24,534 bases of DNA from positions 1 through 24,534 of the IMG/VR virus record IMGVR_UViG_3300038679_000199; one strand, written 5' to 3'. Below the pieces are notes generated by a model. The model saw only the letters and a list, made by a program, of their open reading frames with translations. It did no database searches and was not told the origin of the DNA. The stretch comes from a virus. Its lineage: Duplodnaviria; Caudoviricetes. The stretch's first letter is position 1. Each line of letters opens with the position of its first letter. Both the position numbers and the translations under genes were made by a program. This document shows, piece by piece, positions 15,915-24,408 of the stretch.

Positions 15915-16919
15915 TTACGTGACGATGGTATCGTAGAACAGGCAGCCGCAGTCGGCGGCCACCACCTTGGCGTCCACCCGCTCGGAGGCCCGGATCATCC
16001 AGGACTCCCGGTCGTTATCCCACCACTTCTTGATAACGCGGTAGGCGTCCTGCTTCACCATCTGGCTCGTCCCCAACTCGGTGCTGGGCCAGTTAAAGTT
16101 GTAGCCGGCTGAGGGGGTCTTGAGAGAGGGCCGGGGCGGGACATAATACAGGAAGGCGCTGCCTTTAGTGGCATTGACTTCCCAGATATCCACGGCGTTG
16201 AAATCCGCGCCGCCCTTTTTCTCCTTGGCGCTGGAGTAGATAGCCGCCCCGATCAGCACCTCGTCCAGTTCCAGCAGGGCCGCCAAAGTCTGCAAGGTGA
16301 CGTCCGCCGGTTTGCCCTGGGTGCCGGTGTATTTGATCCGGTCCAGGATGGCCTCGACTTCCTTGAGCTTGCGGAAGGTCTTGGCGTCCATCACCAGCCG
16401 ATTGGGGTAGAAGCCGCAGAGTTTGCGCATGGTTTCCTTGGCGTCCAGGATGTCGGGCAGGAAGGTGTTGGTAGACCCCGGGGGCGCCCACAGGGCGTCG
16501 ACATCACCGGATGTCGTCCAGTTCCCGGCGGCGAGCACCTTCCCGGCCACCAAACGTTCCTTCTTCATCAGCACCTTTTCGGTGGAGAAATCGGCGCCCT
16601 CCTGGAGCGGGTCCAGGGGCAAATCGGCATTTTCTATGCTTTCTTTGGGCACCGGGGTGTCCCAGGCATATTCGTCGGCGAAATATGAGTCGGAACTAAG
16701 CTCATAGCCGCCTTTAGGGGCCGAGGCTCCGGGAGCCCTTAACCCGGCTTCATCCCGGAACCAGGCCCCTTTGGGGTAAATGAAATATTTGTCGGACTGC
16801 TTCTTGACCGTAACAGTGGGAAAAATACGGTCGCCAATATACAAGGCATTTTTGTAGGCGACACTGAGGTTGGTCAGGATCGCGTCTACATGCATGCTTT
16901 GCGGCGTTGGTTGTGACAT
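15915..16919 (-). CDS. Major capsid protein (334 aa)
   Basis: HVDAILTNLSVAYKN..YIGDRIFPTVTVKKQSDKY N-terminus, PNRLVM and PSAGYNF motifs, located after protease and decoration genes. Confidence 0.9.
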   Translation of the reverse strand: MSQPTPQSMHVDAILTNLSVAYKNALYIGDRIFPTVTVKKQSDKYFIYPKGAWFRDEAGLRAPGASAPKGGYELSSDSYFADEYAWDTPVPKESIENADLPLDPLQEGADFSTEKVLMKKERLVAGKVLAAGNWTTSGDVDALWAPPGSTNTFLPDILDAKETMRKLCGFYPNRLVMDAKTFRKLKEVEAILDRIKYTGTQGKPADVTLQTLAALLELDEVLIGAAIYSSAKEKKGGADFNAVDIWEVNATKGSAFLYYVPPRPSLKTPSAGYNFNWPSTELGTSQMVKQDAYRVIKKWWDNDRESWMIRASERVDAKVVAADCGCLFYDTIVT

Positions 16920-16943
16920 GGGTAAATCCCCCTAAAGAGTATT

Positions 16944-16969
16944 GATCGCCGGCGTTCCCGCCGGCGATC
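16944..16969. other. 11-bp stem-loop with GGAA tetraloop before the major capsid gene
   Basis: GATCGCCGGCG-ttcc-CGCCGGCGATC. The loop reads GGAA (GNRA) on the transcribed strand. Confidence 0.75.
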
Positions 16970-16971
16970 CC

Positions 16972-18447
16972 TTAATGCACCACAGTGCCCAGGCTGTAGA
17001 CGGTCACCGCCTCGGTGCCGGAACCGATATTGGTCACCACCGCCAGGAAGCGTTTGCTGTTGTTCTGGGCGATGGTCGCCGTACCAGACACGGTCGAATC
17101 GCCATTGGCGGTCAGGGTGATGGTTTCGTTTGCGTCGGCGGTATTCCGGATGGTGAATTCAAAACTTGAACCCACCACGCACCCGGGGATAGCCGCCACA
17201 ATGTCGGCGGGCGCGGGCAGCAGATCCGCCCGGGCGCCGCCGGCCGGGTCCCGGAGGATGAGGCCGCCCAGGATCTGGGCCGCAGTGAAGGTAACAGCAT
17301 CCGCGGTGGCCTCGGTAGTTACCGCAGTGCGCGGTTTTTCTATTGGGTTTAACGTGTAGATGGTCACCGCCGCTACCGTGACATTGGTAAGCACCACCCG
17401 GAAGGTCTTGCTCCGGTAGCGCTCGATGGCCATGTCGCCGGACAGAGTCAGCCCGGTGTTGGTGGTCATGTTGATGATTTCTTCCGCATCCGCGGTGTTG
17501 CGGATGGTGATATCAAAAGTCTGACCCACCACACACCCGGGCAGGGCTGCGATGATATTGGCCGCGGTGGGGAACAGGTCGGCCCGGTTGGCCCCGGCCG
17601 GGTCCCGCAGGATAAGGCCGCCCAGGATTTGGGCCGCAGTATGGGTTACCGCCCCGGCCGTGGCAGTGGTGGTTACCGCTGCCAGCACTGGAGGCTCCAG
17701 GGATTCGGCGTAGATGCTCACCGCCTCGGTGCCGGCCCCGACATTGGTCACCACCGCCAAAAAACGCTTGGCGCGGTTGCGGCCGATCACCATGTCGCCG
17801 GACAGGGTCAGCCCGGTGTTGGTGGTCATGGTGATGGGTTCATCGGCGTCGGCGGTGTTGCGGATGGTGAAGGGGAAGCCGGAGCCGACCACGGCCCCGG
17901 CGATGCCGGCGACGATTAGGGCCGCAGTGGGGAACAGATCCGCCCGGGCGGCGCCGTTGGGATCGCGCAGGATCAGGCCGCCGAGCAAATCCGCCACGGC
18001 ATGCGTCACCGCCCCGGCCGTGGCCTCGGTGGCCACCGCATATTGCTGCCAGGCCACCTGAGTAATGGCCGGCAGCGGCCCGATGAGCAGGACACTGCCC
18101 AAATCGTCTTCAGCCGCGGAGGCCTCCAGGACGATGGCCCGGGCATAGGCCAGGGCTGCGGCTGCGTCCTTGCCTTTGCCGGCGTCGGCGGCAGAAACAT
18201 ACTCAGCCTTGACAAAGGACCCGATGCCCAGGGCGTCGTTCAGTTGCAGCTTGGAGACGCCGAGAACCATCACCGCGGCCGCCTGGCCGGCGGCCGGGGC
18301 ATTCTGCAAAATCCCCGCCAATACTTCCGTTTCCGAGTCAGGGCGCCTGTAGCCGGTGGTGCCCAGCACCACCCAGCGGTACTGATCGTTGCTCAGATCC
18401 TCGGCCGCCGGCCCCGAAAGCACTAAAACCGGATTTTCACTTGACAT
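16972..18447 (-). CDS. DUF2190-like capsid cement/decoration protein fused to three tandem ~118-aa repeats (491 aa)
   Basis: The first ~120 aa carry AAEDLS..QYRWV...GILQNAPAAGQAAAVMVLGVSK. Three copies of LGGLILRDPxGxxRADLxP...F.IRNTADA.E.I follow. Confidence 0.78.
   Translation of the reverse strand: MSSENPVLVLSGPAAEDLSNDQYRWVVLGTTGYRRPDSETEVLAGILQNAPAAGQAAAVMVLGVSKLQLNDALGIGSFVKAEYVSAADAGKGKDAAAALAYARAIVLEASAAEDDLGSVLLIGPLPAITQVAWQQYAVATEATAGAVTHAVADLLGGLILRDPNGAARADLFPTAALIVAGIAGAVVGSGFPFTIRNTADADEPITMTTNTGLTLSGDMVIGRNRAKRFLAVVTNVGAGTEAVSIYAESLEPPVLAAVTTTATAGAVTHTAAQILGGLILRDPAGANRADLFPTAANIIAALPGCVVGQTFDITIRNTADAEEIINMTTNTGLTLSGDMAIERYRSKTFRVVLTNVTVAAVTIYTLNPIEKPRTAVTTEATADAVTFTAAQILGGLILRDPAGGARADLLPAPADIVAAIPGCVVGSSFEFTIRNTADANETITLTANGDSTVSGTATIAQNNSKRFLAVVTNIGSGTEAVTVYSLGTVVH
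16990..18040 (-). repeat. Three intragenic tandem repeats (about 355 bp each)
   Basis: Visible at DNA level, e.g. catgtcgccggacagRgtcagcccggtgttggtggtcatg at about 17431 and 17791. Confidence 0.9.
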
Positions 18448-18482
18448 AGCTAAAGTCTCCTCGGCCTAAAATATCTTAGGCG

Positions 18483-19109
18483 CTAACCCAGGAAGGACTG
18501 CTTATATTCCCGGGCCAGTTCGGGGTTGTGTTTGAGCACCTGTTCGGTGGCGGCGGCAAGGTCAATCTTCTTTTCGTCCGCCAGCTTCCGGGCCTTAAAG
18601 GCCACGCGCCGGTCAACCGGGGCCTCGGGGCCGGGGTCGCCGTCACTGCCATGGCCGCCGTCCTTCAACACCCCGAGCTTGTCACCGATGGGGACGATTT
18701 GGGGGCGCAGCGCCAGGCGGGCCTTAAAACCCTCCAGGTCGCGCTTGGCGTCGGTCACGGCCAGGTCCCGCTCCGCCGGGATCAGCTTACCGTCCTTCAA
18801 GGCCACTTCTACGATGGCCTCAGCGTCCCGGGTGGCTTCCCGGTCCTTCAGGGCCGCCACTTCGGTGGTCAGGGCCGTGAGCTTGCCCTGGTCGCCCTGG
18901 TGGGCGGCCTTGAGGGCGGTGATGGCCGCGGTGACCTCTCCGGGCTTGGCGTCCGCCTTCAGTCCCAGGGCCTGAAAAATCTCCGGCAGGGCGGCGGCCT
19001 GCGTTTTAAAGGCAACCGCCTCCTGCTCCCGGGTCTCCACCAGGGCCAGTACCTCAGCCTCGGTAGCCTCGGGCTGCAATCCAAACTTCGCAATCAGTTT
19101 CTTCAACAT
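18483..19109 (-). CDS. Internal in-frame scaffolding protein (Mu gpZ-like, 208 aa)
   Basis: GAGGAGG Shine-Dalgarno at 19118-19124 ahead of the in-frame ATG 19109 (MLKKLIAKFGL). Confidence 0.7.
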   Translation of the reverse strand: MLKKLIAKFGLQPEATEAEVLALVETREQEAVAFKTQAAALPEIFQALGLKADAKPGEVTAAITALKAAHQGDQGKLTALTTEVAALKDREATRDAEAIVEVALKDGKLIPAERDLAVTDAKRDLEGFKARLALRPQIVPIGDKLGVLKDGGHGSDGDPGPEAPVDRRVAFKARKLADEKKIDLAAATEQVLKHNPELAREYKQSFLG

Positions 19110-19646
19110 GGCTGTTGCCTCCTCTTGCTGTTGTGACGCCGGTTTTTCAACCGGCGGATTTTCCGCCATGACCTGAATGTCAAGCCCCGGAAGGAATTTT
19201 GCCGCCAACAGGGGGGATAAAACCTCACCTTTCAGGGCCGGGGTATTGGTCAAAGCGGCATGCTTCAGCTCCATTGGTTGACTGAGTTTGATCACCGGCG
19301 AATAATAGCGGAACTCGCCGTCCTGAATGGCTTTTAGGGCTCGGGGCGTCCAGGTCACTTTAGAATAAAGGCCATCGGCCCGGGCTTTCAGATCCGTGAT
19401 CCAACCGGCGGCAGGAGCATCTCCATCACCCAGACTCTGGTGCTGGTAATCCACCACCAAATCCACCCGGTCTGCCCGGAATTTTTTAATAATATCCTCC
19501 AGGTCGGAGGCTTTGACCTCGAAGGGTTTGCGGGAATCGCGCAATTCCACCCGCCCGAGGGGCATAATTCTAATCCATTCGGCCGGCTGGCCCCGGAGGT
19601 CACAGACATAGAGCAAATGTTCGATTGTCATGGTTTGCTCATCCAT
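18483..19646 (-). CDS. Mu-like prohead protease I / scaffold (387 aa)
   Basis: WIRIMPLG, VVDYQHQS, APAAGWI, VTWTPRA...GEFRYYSPV, AALTNTPAL, then a coiled-coil C-terminal half. Confidence 0.92.
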   Translation of the reverse strand: MDEQTMTIEHLLYVCDLRGQPAEWIRIMPLGRVELRDSRKPFEVKASDLEDIIKKFRADRVDLVVDYQHQSLGDGDAPAAGWITDLKARADGLYSKVTWTPRALKAIQDGEFRYYSPVIKLSQPMELKHAALTNTPALKGEVLSPLLAAKFLPGLDIQVMAENPPVEKPASQQQEEATAMLKKLIAKFGLQPEATEAEVLALVETREQEAVAFKTQAAALPEIFQALGLKADAKPGEVTAAITALKAAHQGDQGKLTALTTEVAALKDREATRDAEAIVEVALKDGKLIPAERDLAVTDAKRDLEGFKARLALRPQIVPIGDKLGVLKDGGHGSDGDPGPEAPVDRRVAFKARKLADEKKIDLAAATEQVLKHNPELAREYKQSFLG

Positions 19647-19854
19647 TCCGGGCGATGGCCGCGTTGGCCCACATCATCGCCTCTTCGAGTTTGGTCTGAG
19701 CCAGACTCTTTTCGCGACTATCAGGACAAAGATCAGCGATCAGATAGGCAAATTCCTTGGCTTTGGCTCGAAGAGATTCATATTTTTGGGGCTGATCCGC
19801 CTTTGGGGCATGATAGGTAAACCTGTTTTCCAAATCTTTGTTAACGAGGCTCAT
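19639..19854 (-). CDS. Acb2/Tad1-like helical-hairpin protein, candidate cyclic-nucleotide sponge (71 aa)
   Basis: FTYHAP...Y..LR...CPDSREKSLAQTKLEEAMMWANAAIAR motif, recognised from memory of the family. Confidence 0.72.
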   Translation of the reverse strand: MSLVNKDLENRFTYHAPKADQPQKYESLRAKAKEFAYLIADLCPDSREKSLAQTKLEEAMMWANAAIARNG

Positions 19855-20531
19855 GGTTGAACTCCTTCCACGTCCCGGCGCACCTGGTGGGCCAGCTCCG
19901 GGGCGTAACGATTATAGTCGGGCTGCCAGCCGCCGCCCTGGCCCGGCCCGGCAAACTTGGCGCTGGGGGGCACGTCCCGGGGCATGGTGTAGCTGATGCT
20001 CAGCCCCGCTGCTTCTATCTCCGCCGGAGATAGGGTTTCCACCAGGCAGTTTCAGTTGTAGTCCCAGGGCGGCCAGTGGGCCGCCCAGAACGGGTGATCC
20101 AGGGGGTAGACCAGGTCATTGAGGGCCCGATGCGTCGGCCGGGGATTGACCCCGGTGATGTAACGCCCAAAGGGCCGGAACTCCCTGGCCTGCTGCGCCT
20201 GGGCCAGATGTCCGGCCCCGTAGGCGCTGCTGACGTTCTGCTGAAAGACCAGGTTCAGGTGCCAGGGCTCGGTTAAGAGCGGCCGGGCCACGTCCTGAAA
20301 ATCCCGCTGGGTGCCGCCGGTGCTGATAATGCCTAAAAGCGAGTCGTACAGCGCCTGCAACTGATCCGCCGCCAGCACCCGGGCGGCGGTAAAGGCCCGG
20401 GCCTTCTCCACCGCCGCCAACTGGTCGAACTCCTCCCGGGTGAGCATCCGCCCCAGCTTGCCCCGAAAATAGGCGATGGCCTCCTCGAAGGGAGGCATAT
20501 CTTTGCCGAAGCGGCCCTGGAATTCAGCCAT
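19851..20531 (-). CDS. Mu gpF / SPP1 gp7-like head morphogenesis protein with in-frame TGA at 20052-20054 (226 aa if read through)
   Basis: PFEEAIAYF, RAFTAA, RPTHRAL..LVYPLDHPFW..HWPPWDYN-(TGA)-NCLV. ORFs 20052..20531 and 19851..20042 are in the same frame. Confidence 0.85.
20015..20033 (-). promoter_or_regulatory. Candidate bacterial SECIS hairpin
   Basis: CUAUCUCC-GGC-GGAGAUAG, perfect 8-bp stem. The G-initiated loop begins 26 nt after the UGA. Confidence 0.5.
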
Positions 20532-22134
20532 TGACGCGGCCTCTTAAATTCGCCATGATCCGCACCTGGCCCAACAATACCTCCAGGCTCCGGGTGTCGA
20601 TGCGGCTGTAAAGCGACAGAAGTTTGTCCTTGATGACCTCCAGGGACTCACCGCTTTCAATCAGGTCCGCCACCGGCGCCAGCATCTTGCCCAGATATTC
20701 CTGGGCCTCGACGTTGGCCGCCTGGGTGAGATTATCCAACTCCTGCTGAATCATCTCAGTTCCAGGGGCGGCGGGGAGGGATGCCACCGCCTTCATGGCC
20801 GCCGCGTCTCCCTTTTCCGCCTCTTCATCCTCTTCGCCCTCGGGCTTCTCTCCCCCCTTTGCAACCGGGGGGCCGGAGGGGATTTCCGGCGCTGCCGGCA
20901 CCGATAAAATTTCCTCATCACCCTCCGGGGCGGGGATGCCGTAACGCTGATAACAATGGCTCTTGGGCACTTCCAGGCCGATTTTGACGAAATTTCCCAG
21001 GGCCTCGGACTCCATCTTGAAATCAATGGCTTCCTGCCCCGCCAGGGTCACCTGGGGCAAGGGCGCATCCGGGCCGTAATTGAATAACACCAGAGGGCGG
21101 ATAAGCTGATCCCGGAGCACTGCGGCCAGGTCCTTGGCATCGGACTCCACCAGGTCCTGGCGCACGTTTTCATGCGCATTACCCGCCAGGGTGCCGCTGC
21201 CGGGGCTGCTTTCGGTGGTCAGGGTCTGCCCCAGCACCGCCTTGGACATCTCCCGGTTGCACACCTGGATGAGCACCTCATAGGGCAGCACCTTGCCGGT
21301 GCCCGCCTTGGCGGCCTCAACAAATTCGATGGAGGTATTCTCGCTGATCACCGCGTAGGCGTCGCTGCCGATGGACTTGAGGGCCTCCTTGATAGCCTTC
21401 CGGTCCTCAGAACTGGCCGTCTGGTTATATTTGCCCACCCGCAGAGGCATGCCGTGGACCTCATTGTAGACAGCCCAAAACTTCCAGTTGTAGCTCTTGA
21501 GCAGATACGGCAGGGTGCAGGAGCGCAGTACCCCGCCCCGGCAGACGTCGCCGGAGCGGCCCCGGTTGCGGAGGAAAATGATCTTCCAGGGCGGCGGCGC
21601 CAGGCCGGCGCCGTTGGCCTCGGTGATAATCAGGGGCGTGGGGCTGTTGACAAAGCTGACACACTTGGCCGGAATCCATTCCAGGCCGGCCACCACCGCC
21701 CGGTTATTCTGATATTCCCAATGGATCTCCGAGGCGGCATAGCCCTTGCCGATGGCGTCCAGCAGGTCCATGAGGTCGCCCTGGAGGTCGGGGATGGCCT
21801 GGATTTGCTCATCTACGAACTGGGCGATCTCCTGGTCCCGGGCGTCGTCGCTGGCCGGGGCAATCTGTAGGGGCCGGCCTAACACCGCCAGCTTCCGGGT
21901 CTGGAGGATGGCCGCCAGGTGGGCGTCCTTCTCCTCCATCTCCTCGTAGAGCTCCATCAGGTAGCGCATGTAGCCCTGATCGCCCTGCCACAGGATCGCC
22001 CGCAGCCGCTCCGGGGTCAGGTTGAAGCTGGGATAATCGGACCAGCGATTCATCACCGCGCCGATACCCAGCTCATTGGTGACCGCCTTGGCCGGCGGCT
22101 TGATTTTTTGGCCCAACCAGGAGATTAAATTCAT
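20524..22134 (-). CDS. Portal protein, Mu gp29 / DUF935 family (536 aa)
   Basis: LTPERL..IL...ELYEEMEEKDAHL...LQTRKLAV, LLDAIGKGY, E.HGMPLRVGKY, MSKAVLGQTLT motifs. Confidence 0.93.
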   Translation of the reverse strand: MNLISWLGQKIKPPAKAVTNELGIGAVMNRWSDYPSFNLTPERLRAILWQGDQGYMRYLMELYEEMEEKDAHLAAILQTRKLAVLGRPLQIAPASDDARDQEIAQFVDEQIQAIPDLQGDLMDLLDAIGKGYAASEIHWEYQNNRAVVAGLEWIPAKCVSFVNSPTPLIITEANGAGLAPPPWKIIFLRNRGRSGDVCRGGVLRSCTLPYLLKSYNWKFWAVYNEVHGMPLRVGKYNQTASSEDRKAIKEALKSIGSDAYAVISENTSIEFVEAAKAGTGKVLPYEVLIQVCNREMSKAVLGQTLTTESSPGSGTLAGNAHENVRQDLVESDAKDLAAVLRDQLIRPLVLFNYGPDAPLPQVTLAGQEAIDFKMESEALGNFVKIGLEVPKSHCYQRYGIPAPEGDEEILSVPAAPEIPSGPPVAKGGEKPEGEEDEEAEKGDAAAMKAVASLPAAPGTEMIQQELDNLTQAANVEAQEYLGKMLAPVADLIESGESLEVIKDKLLSLYSRIDTRSLEVLLGQVRIMANLRGRVNG

Positions 22135-22346
22135 GTTAATTCCGCCAACCTTTCGTTTAAGGCTTTGATGTAGACGGCCAGCTTGGTATGTTGAGTCACG
22201 GCGCTCTCCAGCAGATTTTTAATCTGCCCCGCATCCGGCATAATCGCAATCAGGCTTAGGCTCGGAATACAAATATTGATCAGCAGCGGATCACCTCCCC
22301 TAACTAACCCCTGACCCCTGACCCCTGGCCCCTGCTCCATCACCAC
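22131..22346 (-). CDS. Hypothetical protein (about 70 aa)
   Basis: Fills the gap between terminase and portal and overlaps both. Its N-terminus is encoded by a heptamer repeat, so the start is uncertain. Confidence 0.45.
   Translation of the reverse strand: MVMEQGPGVRGQGLVRGGDPLLINICIPSLSLIAIMPDAGQIKNLLESAVTQHTKLAVYIKALNERLAELT
22307..22334. repeat. Heptamer tandem repeat (ACCCCTG x4)
   Basis: acccctg acccctg acccctg gcccctg. Confidence 0.85.
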
Positions 22347-23899
22347 GCCCCCTCAATCCGCCCAAAAGCCGTCTTGCCCAGGGACTCATATTGAAATGCC
22401 AACGATTGTTTCTGAAGCAGGCTCACCGCAGCCTCCAAGGCGTCGGGGCCGTCATCGTTGACGGTTTTGCTGAGGATATAGACCATCTGCTCCCGGAGAA
22501 GATCCTGGTCGGAGTGGCCTGCCTCGAAAGTGATTTTGCCATGCTCCACCAGGTAGGAGAGGGTGTTGATAATTCGCGCCTCTTTATTGCCGCCCTGATG
22601 CACCGGCACCCACCCAATATAGCGGCCCGCCTTCCGGGCATAATTATGGATAGCCTCGTGGAGAAAATCCTCGTACATGTTGTCTTCGATGCCCATCGGG
22701 CCGCCGTAGCTGTCACTGATTCGATAGGCGGCGCCGAACATATCCCCCGGGGAGGCATGGCGAATCCAGGCGTGCAGGCAGCGGTACAGCCCCGCCTTGG
22801 CGTCCCAGCCCACGGAGACGATGGCCTTGAAATCGTTGGCCTCGCCTTGCTTGCCGCTGGGATCGCAGGAGGAGGCCGTGATTAATTGCTTCAAGTCGAG
22901 ATCGGCCTGGGTATGAAAACGGAACCAGACCTCCCGGAAAGGGCCTTCCTCGTCGGTGGGGGTGTTCATCTTCTGCAGGTTGAAGGCAACCGTGCCCATC
23001 GCCCTTTTTTGTTTCAGCAATTTGTCGACGCTGTAACGGGCCGGCCACAATGAGGTCTGCACCGGGCGCCCCTCGGCGTCGGGCACGTCATATAAGGCCT
23101 GATAAAACTTGCGCACCCAATGGCAATAGGGCTCGTCCTCCGACAAGACCGCGGTTTCCAGGGCGCTCTTCCGGGCCCAGATGGTACCGATCCAGAGCAG
23201 GCTGCCCTGGGCATCAAGCGACGCATACACCGCGTTTTTCACCCAATCCAGCAGCTTGCGCACCTGCTCCGGCGATCCGGCGCTCTGCGCGGTTTCCATG
23301 TCGTCCAGGATCGCCAGGTCGGGGCGAAACTGCTTATGCTTCCGCCCGACGATGCGCTGGCCCCGGCCCCGGGCCTTGAGGCGGATATCGTTCAGGGTCA
23401 CGAAATCATCCACCGGCCAGCCGTCCCGCACCATCTCCCCGTGATCACACCGGAGCCGCTCGTTGTAGAGCATTTCCAGGTAGAGGTAGCCGGTGAGGTC
23501 GGAGGCCAGGTCTTCGGTGTCGCTGCCGATGAGGATGAAATGGCGGCGCTTGTAGTAGATCTCAAAAAGCACATAACCGAAGGTGATCACCGTAGTCTTG
23601 GCAAATTCCCGGGGTGCGGCGATGGCGGTGGGGATCAGCACCTCGTCCGGCCCGGGCCGCCGGTCCACCAGGTCGATCAATTCATGGTGAAACGGGGCTT
23701 CCGGCTGGGGGAAATAGTGCGGCAGATAGGTGCGGAAAAACCAGAAAATGTCCCCGGCGCCTCGCTCCCGCCGGGCCTGCTTGGCGGCCTCGGAGGTATC
23801 GGAGAAGGCGGAAACCTCCCGGTGCATCCCGCCCAGGATCTGGTCGACCCGCTTCTGGTACTCGCTATTGGTCAGCTTCTTTTTGAGGGTTTTCGCCAT
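22340..23899 (-). CDS. terL: Terminase large subunit (519 aa)
   Basis: Walker A-like APREFAKTT, Walker B RPDLAILDD, IGT motif, and nuclease acidic motifs CDPS, NDF, DDGPDALE. Confidence 0.92.
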   Translation of the reverse strand: MAKTLKKKLTNSEYQKRVDQILGGMHREVSAFSDTSEAAKQARRERGAGDIFWFFRTYLPHYFPQPEAPFHHELIDLVDRRPGPDEVLIPTAIAAPREFAKTTVITFGYVLFEIYYKRRHFILIGSDTEDLASDLTGYLYLEMLYNERLRCDHGEMVRDGWPVDDFVTLNDIRLKARGRGQRIVGRKHKQFRPDLAILDDMETAQSAGSPEQVRKLLDWVKNAVYASLDAQGSLLWIGTIWARKSALETAVLSEDEPYCHWVRKFYQALYDVPDAEGRPVQTSLWPARYSVDKLLKQKRAMGTVAFNLQKMNTPTDEEGPFREVWFRFHTQADLDLKQLITASSCDPSGKQGEANDFKAIVSVGWDAKAGLYRCLHAWIRHASPGDMFGAAYRISDSYGGPMGIEDNMYEDFLHEAIHNYARKAGRYIGWVPVHQGGNKEARIINTLSYLVEHGKITFEAGHSDQDLLREQMVYILSKTVNDDGPDALEAAVSLLQKQSLAFQYESLGKTAFGRIEGAW

Positions 23900-23917
23900 T
23901 TTCTTTTTTTATTGGTG

Positions 23918-23938
23918 GCACAGGTTTGTAACCTGTGC
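23918..23938. repeat. REP-like palindrome
   Basis: GCACAGGTT-tgt-AACCTGTGC preceded by GTG on the plus strand. Confidence 0.55.
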
Positions 23939-23946
23939 GGCTCGCC

Positions 23947-24408
23947 CTACTCCATGCTTCGGAAAAATTCCCGCATCCGGCCGCTGTGCATCTGCAATTC
24001 GCCGGGGGCCAGGTCCAGCCCCTTGAGGAACTCGCCGTATTTGTCCAGCACCATGATGGCAGCGGCCCTCAGGTCCTGGCTCTTTTCCAGCTTCTCAATG
24101 GTGAGGACAGTCTTATAAATGGCATCATAGACGCCCGGATTGATAACCGTCGGGTTTCTCTGGGCCTCGGCCTGCAGGGCCTCCATCTGGCCGTTCAAAG
24201 TCTGCCGCAGCCACTCGGCGATATCCCGGGGATTGTTCAGGGCCGCGGCCCGCTCCTTACCCCATTCCCCTTTTTTGGCCCACTGGTAAACGCTGTTCTC
24301 GGAGACCTCGCCCTGGAGCAGCTCGGCGATCTGCTTGGCAGTCTTGTTCTCCCGGACGTAGAGCCGCCGGGCTTCGTCGTAATAGGCGCTCTCTTTGCGT
24401 CCGGCCAT
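23947..24408 (-). CDS. HTH protein, DUF1804 / small terminase-like (153 aa)
   Basis: ARRLYV...TAKQIAELL..VSENSVYQWAKKGEW helix-turn-helix, directly upstream of terL. Confidence 0.78.
   Translation of the reverse strand: MAGRKESAYYDEARRLYVRENKTAKQIAELLQGEVSENSVYQWAKKGEWGKERAAALNNPRDIAEWLRQTLNGQMEALQAEAQRNPTVINPGVYDAIYKTVLTIEKLEKSQDLRAAAIMVLDKYGEFLKGLDLAPGELQMHSGRMREFFRSME

Noticed and set aside
19851-20042. Independent 63-aa gene
   Set aside because: GTG start without a clear RBS, in frame with the gpF gene 9 nt after its TGA. Better explained as the gpF C-terminus.
20052-20054. Genome-wide TGA reassignment (Trp or Gly)
   Set aside because: TGA terminates several genes here with ATGA overlaps (4761, 10267, 11381), and the aligned residue is Cys.
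8069-22334. CRISPR array
   Set aside because: The repeats are 7-nt tandem units or coding repeats, with no repeat-spacer structure and no cas genes.
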